Shown here piece by piece: positions 8,265 to 19,300 of a DNA stretch of 64,000 nt. The notes under the pieces were generated by a model. The model was not told the origin of the DNA and did no database searches. It saw only the letters and a program-made list of their open reading frames with translations. The stretch is taken from positions 434,001 to 498,000 of the IMG/VR virus record IMGVR_UViG_3300033145_003233; one strand, written 5' to 3'. Positions within the stretch are counted from its first letter, which is position 1. Every line of letters begins with the position of its first letter. The translations under genes were made by a program, and so were the position numbers.

Positions 8265-11200
8265 TTATATATCAAATATAATATCTACAGTACTTTCCTC
8301 CCTAGCCGTAGTATATCCTCCCACCAAATAAATATAAGGAGTTCCTGTTACTCCAGAATAAACAGCACTAGCACCATGCTTTGCTTTCAATAAAGAAGCC
8401 ATGGCTAACGATGGATTATCATCGTAACTGCTTAGATAAGAAACAGTAGAACCTTGAATAGATATTTTTTCTAATATATCAAGACTTGAATCATCATCAT
8501 TAGCTCCTCCCATTATATAATAATCAGAAGTATCATATGTAGACGGATCAAGATCATATCTAACCATTGCTGATTGGAATTTAGGAATAGGAAAATCTCC
8601 GAGCAAACCACTTCCAAAATTAATCCATTCTCCTGAGGAAGGGACAGTAAAAGATTGTGCTATATTAATATAAAAATCTTCTATTGGATAAATAAACTGA
8701 TCATCAGATTCTATGGCCCCATTAAACACTATAATTTTATTATCATAAATTAAAGTTAAAGGGAATATTCTCTGATAAGTGTTTAATTCATTAGTTCTTA
8801 AAGCACCAGAATATTCCCAGCTATCATCACCTATAGAATATCTTAAAATTCTTTTATTATAATTACGTATGCTAAAATTACTTGAACTTATTACAGCATC
8901 CTGTATTCCACCTATAATATATATATAATTATTAGAGAGCACATCACAATATTGAGCAGCACCTAAAGCCACTCCTGTTTTTTCTTCCCATGCTCCTCCA
9001 TCACCAATAGATGGCATATCAGATAGCTGCTCCCAGGCCCCTGTATCAGTATGATAAACTTCAACCAGAGAGCTTACAGATATTTGACCACCCGAAGTAG
9101 AATCTGCACCTATCCCCCCTATTAAATATATATCATTATTTACAACAACAGACATACCTCCAAATCTATGAGATAACATAGGAGGACCAGTAGTCCATGT
9201 TTCTGTTAAAATATCATATATTTCATTCTTGTTAGACACATCTAAACTATTATTTTTCAACCCTCCCATAACATAAATCTTATTCCCTACCACACCAATA
9301 AATGAATCTCCTCTATTTTCCGACATACCAGGAACATGAACCCATTCATTATCAGAAATATTATATCTTGCCATAGTTGATGAAAATGGAGTTTCTTCTA
9401 TTATCTCAGCATCTTCATCAAGAACACTAGGTTCATCTACTAAATTAGGAAGAGTTACAATCTCATCTTTATAATCCAACGTAAGATTAAAAATAGCCCC
9501 GACATGCCTATCTGTTTTTTCATTTTCATCGTAAACAGAATATATTTCTAGATTCTCAGTTATACTATCTTCCTCTGGTATTTTTGTAGCGGCAACAGTC
9601 ACATCCACATAACTATATCCCTCATCTCCATCAGTTTGAGTATAATAAATACTACTGCCAGCTAAAAAGAAATTATTGCTAGAATTATTTCCCATAGCAG
9701 TATAAACAGGAGTGCCATCTGGAACAGGCTCTCCTTTCCATGATACTTGGACTCTAATATCTATATCAGAATTATGAAGCAACAAGGTATCATTATCTTC
9801 ATCTCGAAAACTATTATTACCTACCTCAGTCACAACTCCAACTAAATAATCATCATCTGGATCTCCATCAGATTCACTATAAAAATAATTAGTTACTCTT
9901 CTCCACCTCGCACTTATAGATAATGGTTCTGCCAAACAAATTGGACAAGGTGGGACTCCATTATAAAAAGTTCCTCCTCCAGATAGTACCAGCGGCTGAT
10001 CATTAACAAACAGAGTTGTTGTACCAGAAATATAAATAACCGGATTCCATTCAGGCAAATCGCAGTTCGTCAACATTCCACTATTTCGACCAAGACATAG
10101 ACAATCATTTATTTCCTTATCTCTATCACATTCCCCCTCTGGCACATATATTCTACCAGCACCAGGTACAAATTTATTAACCCTTATATAGATATAAGTG
10201 ATATCTGATTCTTCAGCATCATTTAATTCTATAAATGCGCTACCATTATCTATAAAACCATCATCGCCCACTGTCAAATAACGACTTCCTGTATATGAAT
10301 CTATTTCTTCATAAATCTCTCCATGCAATATCTCTACTTCATTGCCCCCTCCATTTATCTGCACAACCTGTCCAGAATTAAGCATTAATTCCTGCAAGTC
10401 ATCCTGAGTAGCACAGCTTCTAAAACAAGTAGCAGATGCAAAATCAGAAGAAAGAGCCACAGCTGGATTTCTACTAATTTTAATACGCTTATAATGAGAA
10501 CCATCTGCCCATAAAGGATTTTGATCGGCTATCATCCATCCACCACCACCCCATGTCTGAGTAAGCCCTGTTCCTCTCCACCCTCCATCTATCTCCATTA
10601 AAAACCTAGCTTTAAATTTATCATACTCAAGAGGATTATATCTTAATGACACAAGCTGTTTTGCACTAGCTGTCAATCCTTCATAAACTACAGTTACACT
10701 TATTTCATGAGTCTCATCCATCTCACTGTCACTTTTCGGAATAGGCCCTAGAAATACATTCCTAGCTACTCCGCTTCTGGTATAAGAATATACACCATTA
10801 GTAAGAGGGACATTATCAATAGAATAAATAGTTCTAACCTCTTGCCCTTGCAACTGAGAGATACCCCATTGAACAATAGTTTGATCAGAAGGATAAATAA
10901 TCAAAGAACGATCATAATCATTAGTCTCATAATTAGGGTAATCAGGATTAACAATAAATACTGTAGATCGTTGCTCAGACACATCTCTACCATCAACTTT
11001 AGGAACAGAAGCCTGAATATCCATTTTAAGAACACTTTGGAATAATATATATATATCTTTTATAGACGAATAACCTGCTTGAGATGCCTTTACAAACAAC
11101 CTAACTGCCTGAGGCATATCTGGAGCATACAAAGGGATATCAACATATGAAATAGGAGTTTGAACTATTGCCCCGCCATGCCCCACTTGCTCTTCAATTC

Positions 11201-14200
11201 CTTGTAAAATAGACATAACGTTGTCAGGAGGCGATACTGTTTGACTCACTTGTAACTTGTCCCCTTCAAGAGGAGAATTATTATCAGACCCTGCATTTCC
11301 ACACAAATTATCTGAAGCCGCATCCCAAACAGCTATCTGGACAGAACCAGACTCAATAGGCTCTCCTTTATATTTAACCTTCACCCTAGAAACAAAAGGA
11401 GCAGATGCTTTCATGTATATGCCATTAAAGCATTCATAATCAACACGTAACGTTTTCTCCTGTGTTACTTCATCAGTTGAATAATAATAGCATCTTTCGC
11501 ACACTGACTTATTATCTCTGTTCTCTAATTCTATTTCCCAAGGATTAGTAAAGCTTACTGTAATAGGTTTAGAATAATATTCAAATATATTGGAGCTACT
11601 AACCTCCTCAGTTTCTACCCCATCTATTTCATCTATGAGACCTTCAATAATACTAGCATATTCCTCTAATGCATTTGTTGGAGCGGCATCTGTATTAGGA
11701 GGAGTATATCCGTCCTTAGGAATAACCGCTTTCAACTGGATAGTAAAACTAGCACTTTGAATTTGAGAAATTATCCTATTATCAGAACTCATCTTCAAAG
11801 TAGCCTTCATAAAACCTTCATCTGTTCTAGTTACAAAGAAATCATAAGCATCTATATCATTAAAAGATATCAAGTTTCCTGAACCAAAAACATCATCAGC
11901 TTGAGATTCCCTAGTAATAGAAGCATTTATATACATTTTAATTAAGGTATCTTCTGATACAGGAGATCCAAATTCATCTGTAATGGAAGCATACAATAAT
12001 ATTGTTTGATCAAAATAAGCATCTATATCTTCTGGACTTTTAACAGGAGTTTTCCATCCTATGCTTATAGTGTTCTCATCAACTAACTCATAATTTAAAT
12101 TTTCAACTTCTACTAAGGGAATTGTTCCACCATTAGCCGAAGAGCTGGGAATACTAGCTGCATGTAAGAATTCCTCTACCTGCGTGCCCACAGAATTATA
12201 ATTAGAAGGTCGTCCATATTTGTCTATATTAACAATAGTATAATAAGCAGTTACATCATTAGTTAAATTTCTATGAACAAATTTTGTATCCGTAACAATC
12301 CCAGTAAAAACAAGTTGATTATCATTCCCTCCGTCCTTATCAACCACCGGATAATTAGAAGAAGAATAATAAATTTTAACCCTAGATATTCTAGAGTCTA
12401 CAGGAGAAGATTGAGACCATCTTAAATATATTTTTTTATTTCCTGGAGTTATTAATTGACCTACAGATGGCTCTTGTGGAGAAGGCAATGATGATGACAA
12501 CTCTACAAAATAATCTTCTATAATCGAAGGCGGAATTATTATTTCCAAAGACGGAGAATCAGATAGAAAACTCACATTACCTCTAGAGTTCTTAGAAAAT
12601 ATCCTATAATAATATTTTTCCCCAATTACGAAATCATCAGAATCTGAGACATAATGTTTCCCTAACAATACATTTTCTTGATATATGACCGTCCCATCTT
12701 CTTCCCAAGAAGGAACATGATTCTCATTTTTTAAAATTATAATTTCGCCATCTACATCATAATCCTGAGGCACTTCATATTCAAAAACTACTAATCTATC
12801 TCCATTATCTTCCTTAATCCCTATATCTTCAATATCTACTTCTACTCCATCATCATCAAAGATCGGATTAGAAAGAATCTGAGTTGAGATATATGTTGCG
12901 CCCCTAACAACATTATGAATACTAAGCTCTGTTATTTTTCCACGAAAATAATTATTTATACCAGATGTTAACCTATGAGCACCAATAGTAAAATAATAAT
13001 TGCCATCAGTCGCCAATGTACCTGTATCTGTCGAAGTACTTACTTGTTCTACTGCATCGATATAAAAAGTAGCAGCATTACTAAGCCCTGCCGCCTGATT
13101 CATAGCAACACAAACATGCTGCCATTTATAAAGCTCAACATTCCCAGTTGTCGTCCAATATCTCCCCTGTTGAGTCGGAGAAAAATTTCTATCTGCATAT
13201 AAGTTATTGCCTTCTACCCAAAAAGAAAAATTTTCTCTCTCTCCATTTGAAGAACTAACAATCACCATCTCATCAGTTGAATAAGGATAAATCCAAGCCA
13301 TTATGGTAAGAGTAGGTTGATCTCCATCAAAATCTCTATAGAGATTAGTTTCCCCATTAATAAAAGCATAATCATTCTCTCCATCAAAAAATAAACCAGA
13401 AGTTCCTGACGGAACGAATTGAGAAGAATACCATGTAGGATCTTCTTTATTAAAAACAGGAGTATTCCCGCCATCACTGAAATCGTATAAGTTTCTCCCC
13501 TCGCCTTCATCCATATGCCACAGAGCTATAATATTTTCATCTCTATTAACTCCGCTTCCAGTAAGAGGAATCCCCTTAGTTAAATCATCAGAATCTACAA
13601 TTGTTCTAAAAACTGATATTCCTCTTGGAACAACCCTTCCCTTAGGAACAACCTTTATTCTCACCCCTTCACTGAATCGCAAATCCTTATCATAAGTATA
13701 AACAGTATAATAATATGTTTGACCTTCTGTTAGATTCTCATCAAGAACCTTACTAATAAAACTATCTTGCACTAATTCTCCATCAACCACGGATGTTGGA
13801 TAACGACTGTTATTTCTGATAACTCTGATACCATCATAATTAGCATTATCATCCGCAAAGAACATGGCACTTAATGTATCAATATCATAAGGATTAATGC
13901 CCTCTTCTTCTATAATTCCAAAAAATAAAACATTAACAAAATTAGCCCCATATTCTACTAAATTATATGTTATATCCCCAGGATAGTTTATATCTATCTT
14001 CCTAATTAGATCTTTAGCTATTGTGTGTCTAAAACCATTACTATCATTCCATGTCATACTTCCGCTTTGATCTATAACAATTGTTACTATTCTATCTTCT
14101 AGCTCTAACTCTATACGTTCTGTCCCGTCATCTTCAGAAATAATTCTTGTATTATTTATCTTCTGATTTTCCTTATCGGAAAAAACATTAATAATCTCAG

Positions 14201-14372
14201 TTTCTGCATTTGAAGGAGGAAGGACCATCTTATTAGTATATTCATCAAAAGCATCAAAATCACTAGAGACACTAAAAGCGTGTCTTTTATCATAATTCAT
14301 ATGCCAGACATTTCTCTGTAAGGATGATTCCCCATTTAATATCTTATAATATTCTAATAAATTTAATGGCAT
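8265..14372 (-). CDS. Giant adhesin-like tail protein: N-terminal half of vWA, FN3-like domains, LamG/ConA, Ig-like domains, C-terminal Kelch propeller
   Basis: IVTIVIDQSGSM (MIDAS DxSxS); YYYTVYTYD and YYYRIFSKN FN3-type strands; ALWHMDEGEG...FDGENDY...IMAWIYP...WQHV...FRGKITEL (LamG); KIYVMGG, DIYLIGG, YIYIIGG and YIYLVGG Kelch blades at about 8290-9380. Confidence 0.75.
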   Translation of the reverse strand: MPLNLLEYYKILNGESSLQRNVWHMNYDKRHAFSVSSDFDAFDEYTNKMVLPPSNAETEIINVFSDKENQKINNTRIISEDDGTERIELELEDRIVTIVIDQSGSMTWNDSNGFRHTIAKDLIRKIDINYPGDITYNLVEYGANFVNVLFFGIIEEEGINPYDIDTLSAMFFADDNANYDGIRVIRNNSRYPTSVVDGELVQDSFISKVLDENLTEGQTYYYTVYTYDKDLRFSEGVRIKVVPKGRVVPRGISVFRTIVDSDDLTKGIPLTGSGVNRDENIIALWHMDEGEGRNLYDFSDGGNTPVFNKEDPTWYSSQFVPSGTSGLFFDGENDYAFINGETNLYRDFDGDQPTLTIMAWIYPYSTDEMVIVSSSNGERENFSFWVEGNNLYADRNFSPTQQGRYWTTTGNVELYKWQHVCVAMNQAAGLSNAATFYIDAVEQVSTSTDTGTLATDGNYYFTIGAHRLTSGINNYFRGKITELSIHNVVRGATYISTQILSNPIFDDDGVEVDIEDIGIKEDNGDRLVVFEYEVPQDYDVDGEIIILKNENHVPSWEEDGTVIYQENVLLGKHYVSDSDDFVIGEKYYYRIFSKNSRGNVSFLSDSPSLEIIIPPSIIEDYFVELSSSLPSPQEPSVGQLITPGNKKIYLRWSQSSPVDSRISRVKIYYSSSNYPVVDKDGGNDNQLVFTGIVTDTKFVHRNLTNDVTAYYTIVNIDKYGRPSNYNSVGTQVEEFLHAASIPSSSANGGTIPLVEVENLNYELVDENTISIGWKTPVKSPEDIDAYFDQTILLYASITDEFGSPVSEDTLIKMYINASITRESQADDVFGSGNLISFNDIDAYDFFVTRTDEGFMKATLKMSSDNRIISQIQSASFTIQLKAVIPKDGYTPPNTDAAPTNALEEYASIIEGLIDEIDGVETEEVSSSNIFEYYSKPITVSFTNPWEIELENRDNKSVCERCYYYSTDEVTQEKTLRVDYECFNGIYMKASAPFVSRVKVKYKGEPIESGSVQIAVWDAASDNLCGNAGSDNNSPLEGDKLQVSQTVSPPDNVMSILQGIEEQVGHGGAIVQTPISYVDIPLYAPDMPQAVRLFVKASQAGYSSIKDIYILFQSVLKMDIQASVPKVDGRDVSEQRSTVFIVNPDYPNYETNDYDRSLIIYPSDQTIVQWGISQLQGQEVRTIYSIDNVPLTNGVYSYTRSGVARNVFLGPIPKSDSEMDETHEISVTVVYEGLTASAKQLVSLRYNPLEYDKFKARFLMEIDGGWRGTGLTQTWGGGGWMIADQNPLWADGSHYKRIKISRNPAVALSSDFASATCFRSCATQDDLQELMLNSGQVVQINGGGNEVEILHGEIYEEIDSYTGSRYLTVGDDGFIDNGSAFIELNDAEESDITYIYIRVNKFVPGAGRIYVPEGECDRDKEINDCLCLGRNSGMLTNCDLPEWNPVIYISGTTTLFVNDQPLVLSGGGTFYNGVPPCPICLAEPLSISARWRRVTNYFYSESDGDPDDDYLVGVVTEVGNNSFRDEDNDTLLLHNSDIDIRVQVSWKGEPVPDGTPVYTAMGNNSSNNFFLAGSSIYYTQTDGDEGYSYVDVTVAATKIPEEDSITENLEIYSVYDENEKTDRHVGAIFNLTLDYKDEIVTLPNLVDEPSVLDEDAEIIEETPFSSTMARYNISDNEWVHVPGMSENRGDSFIGVVGNKIYVMGGLKNNSLDVSNKNEIYDILTETWTTGPPMLSHRFGGMSVVVNNDIYLIGGIGADSTSGGQISVSSLVEVYHTDTGAWEQLSDMPSIGDGGAWEEKTGVALGAAQYCDVLSNNYIYIIGGIQDAVISSSNFSIRNYNKRILRYSIGDDSWEYSGALRTNELNTYQRIFPLTLIYDNKIIVFNGAIESDDQFIYPIEDFYINIAQSFTVPSSGEWINFGSGLLGDFPIPKFQSAMVRYDLDPSTYDTSDYYIMGGANDDDSSLDILEKISIQGSTVSYLSSYDDNPSLAMASLLKAKHGASAVYSGVTGTPYIYLVGGYTTAREESTVDIIFDI

Positions 14373-14384
14373 TAATTTCTTTTC

Positions 14385-16322
14385 TTAAAATTTAATAGCT
14401 GATGGAGATATATTATATTCATCATTATCTACTAATTCCCATACTACAAAATTATCATGAGTAGATCCAGAAGAGGACATTACTAGATAATAACTCCCTT
14501 CAAAATCAGACATACTAGTATACCCATGATTATCATCTAATACCCTTATATCAAAATTATACCAATCATCTTGAACAACCTGAGTTATAGTATTTTTATA
14601 ATCATACATATAAAGAGAAGACACTGGTGCTTCTCCAGAATTATAAACTTGCATATGTATAGTTAAATAAGGACTGATAATATAATCTGGGCCTTCCCCA
14701 TAAGGAATAGTGCTATCTGCCTCTATATATAATTTATCTATAGCAGCCTCGTCCTCCTTTATTCTTATTCCCAGAACATGTTCTCTTGTGTCCGGCAGGA
14801 CTATCGTAGTATTCACCCATGCCCACTCTGGAATAGAAGGATTGTTTACAACTTGATCAATAGTTTTTGAAATCTCTCCATCTATTAAAATATCTGCTTT
14901 AAACCTCTCAGAGTTAGATGAAAGACATCTAATCCATAAATTATAAGTATCCGATTGAATAGCTCTTATCGGATAATTAATAACACTAAAATTAGAAAAA
15001 GAACTATCTTTCAATATCATATATCCGTTACCCGTAAAATCATCTAACTCATCAGAAAATATAACAATATTATCTTTAGAGGTAATAGTTAAAAAATTAG
15101 TAGCATCTATCACTGTTTTAGTTGTATTGTATATCCCCCAATAATCACTATTATTTTTTCCGACCCTTTTTAAATATACTGTTGCTTTAGATGGAAGGTA
15201 CTCTGCATTAACATCAAATTCCTGTGCCAATCTCAACCTAACAGGAGGGTCATCATATAAATATACTGCTCCAGCATTTGACGCTGCCTCATCATTATAA
15301 GCACCGCCTACAATCAAAAACCTACCCGAAATAGACACTGCATTGCCAAAATTATCTTCAGAAGAAGAATCGCCACCAGTTATTTTTTTAAGATGACCCC
15401 ATCCTCTCTTTTTATAAAAAACATCTGCAACTCCTATATTCCTAGCCGCTGGTGAACCGATGATAATATAATCACCATTTATATAAACTGACTCTCCAAA
15501 ATGATCTCCAGCAGGATTGTTTTCATCAATTCCAGATAATTTATCCACCTCATACCATGTAGTGGTATATTTATAAACATAAGCTGCCCCAGAATTAATA
15601 TCTCCAGAACTAGAATCCTTGTATCTCGCTCCAACTACAAAATAATTACCAGAAGCAGACACAGAAACTCCAAACTCGTCATTAATAGCACCATCTGATG
15701 CCAATATCGTTTGAGTTAATTCCCATAAATTAGTATCTGTATTTTTTATATATACGTATACCGCTCCTGTTTTCTGGTTGTCTCCTTTGGCCCCCACTAT
15801 AATAGAAGTGTCATTAGTAGTAACCGAACAACCAAAATAACCATTCTCTTCAGAGGCAGTAAGAGTAATAGGATTACCGGAATATGCCCCCCATATATCT
15901 GTCGCGGTTTTTTTATATATATATACAGACCCTTTATTAGAATCACTCTCGGAAGCTCCAATAATAAGATAATTCTCACTGATAGCCACCGAACCTCCAA
16001 ATCCAGGAATGCTAGCTTCTGCTTTTGTCTGTAAGGGATTATCCGCAGTAGTATTCTTATTATATATTTTAACCTCTCTCGAAACAGTATCTCCAACTAC
16101 AAGATAATCTCCATACATCGCCAAAGAATTTCCTCTCATACTTATCCCCCCAGGAATCATAGATTCCCATGTGCCGTTGATACTTCTTTTATATAAGTAT
16201 GTTTTAGTATTTGATGGCTCACCCACGGCCGCAAAATATCCATCAATCACTACAGATGTTCCGAAATTATAATCAGCACCTGATGATGGACTCATTTTCT
16301 TTTCTATTTGAGAATACGACAT
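14385..16322 (-). CDS. FG-GAP repeat beta-propeller protein with C-terminal carbohydrate-binding-like domain
   Basis: Repeated FGxSVxISGxYxIVGA...GAVYVY units. The C-terminal TYNLWIRC...WAWVN...LGIRIKEDEAAIDKLYI...GEGP resembles a CBM-like jelly roll. AGGA SD. Confidence 0.8.
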   Translation of the reverse strand: MSYSQIEKKMSPSSGADYNFGTSVVIDGYFAAVGEPSNTKTYLYKRSINGTWESMIPGGISMRGNSLAMYGDYLVVGDTVSREVKIYNKNTTADNPLQTKAEASIPGFGGSVAISENYLIIGASESDSNKGSVYIYKKTATDIWGAYSGNPITLTASEENGYFGCSVTTNDTSIIVGAKGDNQKTGAVYVYIKNTDTNLWELTQTILASDGAINDEFGVSVSASGNYFVVGARYKDSSSGDINSGAAYVYKYTTTWYEVDKLSGIDENNPAGDHFGESVYINGDYIIIGSPAARNIGVADVFYKKRGWGHLKKITGGDSSSEDNFGNAVSISGRFLIVGGAYNDEAASNAGAVYLYDDPPVRLRLAQEFDVNAEYLPSKATVYLKRVGKNNSDYWGIYNTTKTVIDATNFLTITSKDNIVIFSDELDDFTGNGYMILKDSSFSNFSVINYPIRAIQSDTYNLWIRCLSSNSERFKADILIDGEISKTIDQVVNNPSIPEWAWVNTTIVLPDTREHVLGIRIKEDEAAIDKLYIEADSTIPYGEGPDYIISPYLTIHMQVYNSGEAPVSSLYMYDYKNTITQVVQDDWYNFDIRVLDDNHGYTSMSDFEGSYYLVMSSSGSTHDNFVVWELVDNDEYNISPSAIKF

Positions 16323-16331
16323 TAAATATCC

Positions 16332-19300
16332 TTACATAGGAGCGCCCGTAGACAATTTAATAGGATAATCTAAAAAAGAAACCTTACAAGCGTCTTGACC
16401 AAAAAGCCATATATCGTCATTTATAATAATAATTTTGTGGATAGAATCCAAAGAAGTAGATTCTTTAATCTTCAACATGTCTTCTTGTATTACCCCATAA
16501 TCGCCATTGCTTACACCTATAATAATTTTATCTGTATTATTAGTAACTGTGTCATTTACAGTAGCAATAGTTGTAGAAGTTAAAAGTTCTCCCAAATCTA
16601 TCTCTTCTAATTTAGGAGATAAACTATTAAACGTACCATTATCGGAATATAATCCTTGGTTAGTTGAAATATAAGTAGTGGTATAGCCATATCTATTTAT
16701 ATTGGTTACATCTAAATCGGAACCAACTTCTGTATCAGTATAGGTAAATCCATTTGATGAGATATAGATCTTCTTATCTATGACAGAAAATAGAATGTTA
16801 GAACTATACATTACCGAGACCGGAGATGAAGAGTCCATAACTTTTTCCCAATCAATAGCATCGGAATCTGATAATTTTATATATATTCCATCCGATGCTC
16901 CTATTAAAAGATTGTTATGAAGAGATCCAATAGAATATAAATAGTTAGGCAAACCACTCCTATTATATTCCGACCAACTTACTCCATCATTTGTAGATAT
17001 AAAAATGTTCTTATCAGTCAAAATATAAATATTATCATTACTTTGAAAAATACTACGAACCATCTGATTAGCAATAGATCCAAAATTAACTTCATCTATC
17101 TCCAAAGTAGCCCTGTTAATAGAGATAACTCCTCCCCTGCCACCAACTAAAATATTATTAGTAGCTGAGATATATGCCACTGTAGATGGATAACTAATAG
17201 ATAAAGATAAATTTTCATTATATACTTCTTTTGTATAATTAATTGTGGAGTTCAAATTATCATACCACTCTTCATTTACAGGGATAATTGTATCCATCTG
17301 GAAAGGTGGGCTTAATACCGTTTGTTGACCAGGCCATTGAATTTCGCTGAATATCCCTAGCTTAACTAAATTAACTTGCTGAACTTGAGATAAATACGAA
17401 GAAGGACCGGAATAAGCGTATTCAAAACTGTCCTCTAATTCCCGATGAGAATACTCTCCAGCATTCTTAATAGTTGTATCGAGAATGTCTAATGTTAAAT
17501 TATCATATTTATCAAAAGGAAGGCCAAAAACAAACATCCCATCTACTACATTTATAGAGATAGAGTAATCAGTATTCCTTATATTATTAATAGAAGTATA
17601 AACCATGTCCTCGATTTCAGTTTCTACCCCGGAATTAGAAATACTTGTTCTCTTATTCACCAAATCTGTACTAATAGATGGCAAAATAAAATTAGAAGTA
17701 TTACCAGCCGAGTCTGTCACAACCCTAGCATCTTCATATAATTGAGAAAGAAATAATTCAAAATTAGCATAAATGTCTACAACTACATCCACTGCTTGAT
17801 TGCCTTCTATTTCTTCAATAGCTGCCAATTGATCTAAACTAGTTTGCAATTGTGCCTTATATATATCTGCCTGTGCTTCATGAGCATTATTATCAGTATA
17901 AGTCGGAATGACAACATCAATAAATTCTCCCATGTCTATTTCTATTTCATCTCTCGATTCTCCAAATTGAATATTATTCTGATAAACAACAAATTTAGCA
18001 TTATACTTATTATATACCCACCCCCCATATTCGGCTGTATATATATCATATTTATTTACAGCCTCCACAATATATTCATGGTTAACTACCTCATCAAAAC
18101 TAACGTTATGATTTGATCCGCTATTGTTATAATAATAACCTAACTTTTGCAAAACAGAATTGACATAAAAAGAAGGAACAGTAGTATTCTTCTGTTCATA
18201 TTGTAACCAGAATTTTCCGCTATCATCCAATAAATATAACTTTCTATCCATCCCTACAAAAAGATCATTATTTATTCCGTTGATAGCAGTTATTATAGCA
18301 GTATTATTATTTATATTAGCTAATGACCATATCCCCGCAAATTCAATACCAGTATCAATATAGATATTCGATGAAGTAGAAACCTTAGCCCCATTATCTG
18401 TATTAACATAAATATTACTATTAAATATTTCCATTTTTCTACTAATATTAACATCCAAATCAGCTATTTTAAGAAACACATCTGTACCAGTTTCTTCTCT
18501 ATATATCGCAGTATCTGACAACGCAAAAATATAATTATCATCTTTTATAAATTTTCTCACTTTTATTAATGATTCTAAATCAGATATATAGTTCCAGCTT
18601 CTCCCCTCATCAAGAGACTGAAGAAGACCTAATTCATTACTAACCAGAATTCTATTACTTGTTTCAATAGATCCTTCTATATAAGTTTCATCATATAATA
18701 TGGCATAGGTCTCTGAACTCCTAGGCCCAAAGAGAGAAAGTTTCTCCCACGTATCCTCTATGTAGGGAACATTTTCACTATTTAACCTAAAAACCCCCAA
18801 ATCAGTAGTAATATATAAATTACCCCTACTGTCTCCTGTGATATCTCTTATTACTTTAACATAATCCAGACCTGCCATTCTTCCCCATTGGCGAAAACTT
18901 GAACCTCCACTCTTATAAACTCCATAATTAGTAATAGCATAATAATCTCCAGCTGTCGATTTATACAATCTATGGACTGCTTCTGAAAAATCACTCACCT
19001 TATTCCAGTCATTACCATAATTATCACTCAGCCATATTCCATTACTAGTTGCAGATAATACTCTCTCTCCCTCAATAGATATAAAATCATAAAAAGTTAC
19101 AGCATCTCCCATTTCATTTCTATCAGCATCATCATAAACAGCAGCAATACTATATACAAAATTATCTAAAGTTTGCATAGGTAGACGTAGAGGCAACAAC
19201 CTCTCCCCTTTCCTACCTTCGTGATCCACAGCTGGCATCTGCGCCGAATTAAATTGACCACTTCTAAATTGAGTTGCACTAAGATCTCCTATATGAACAA

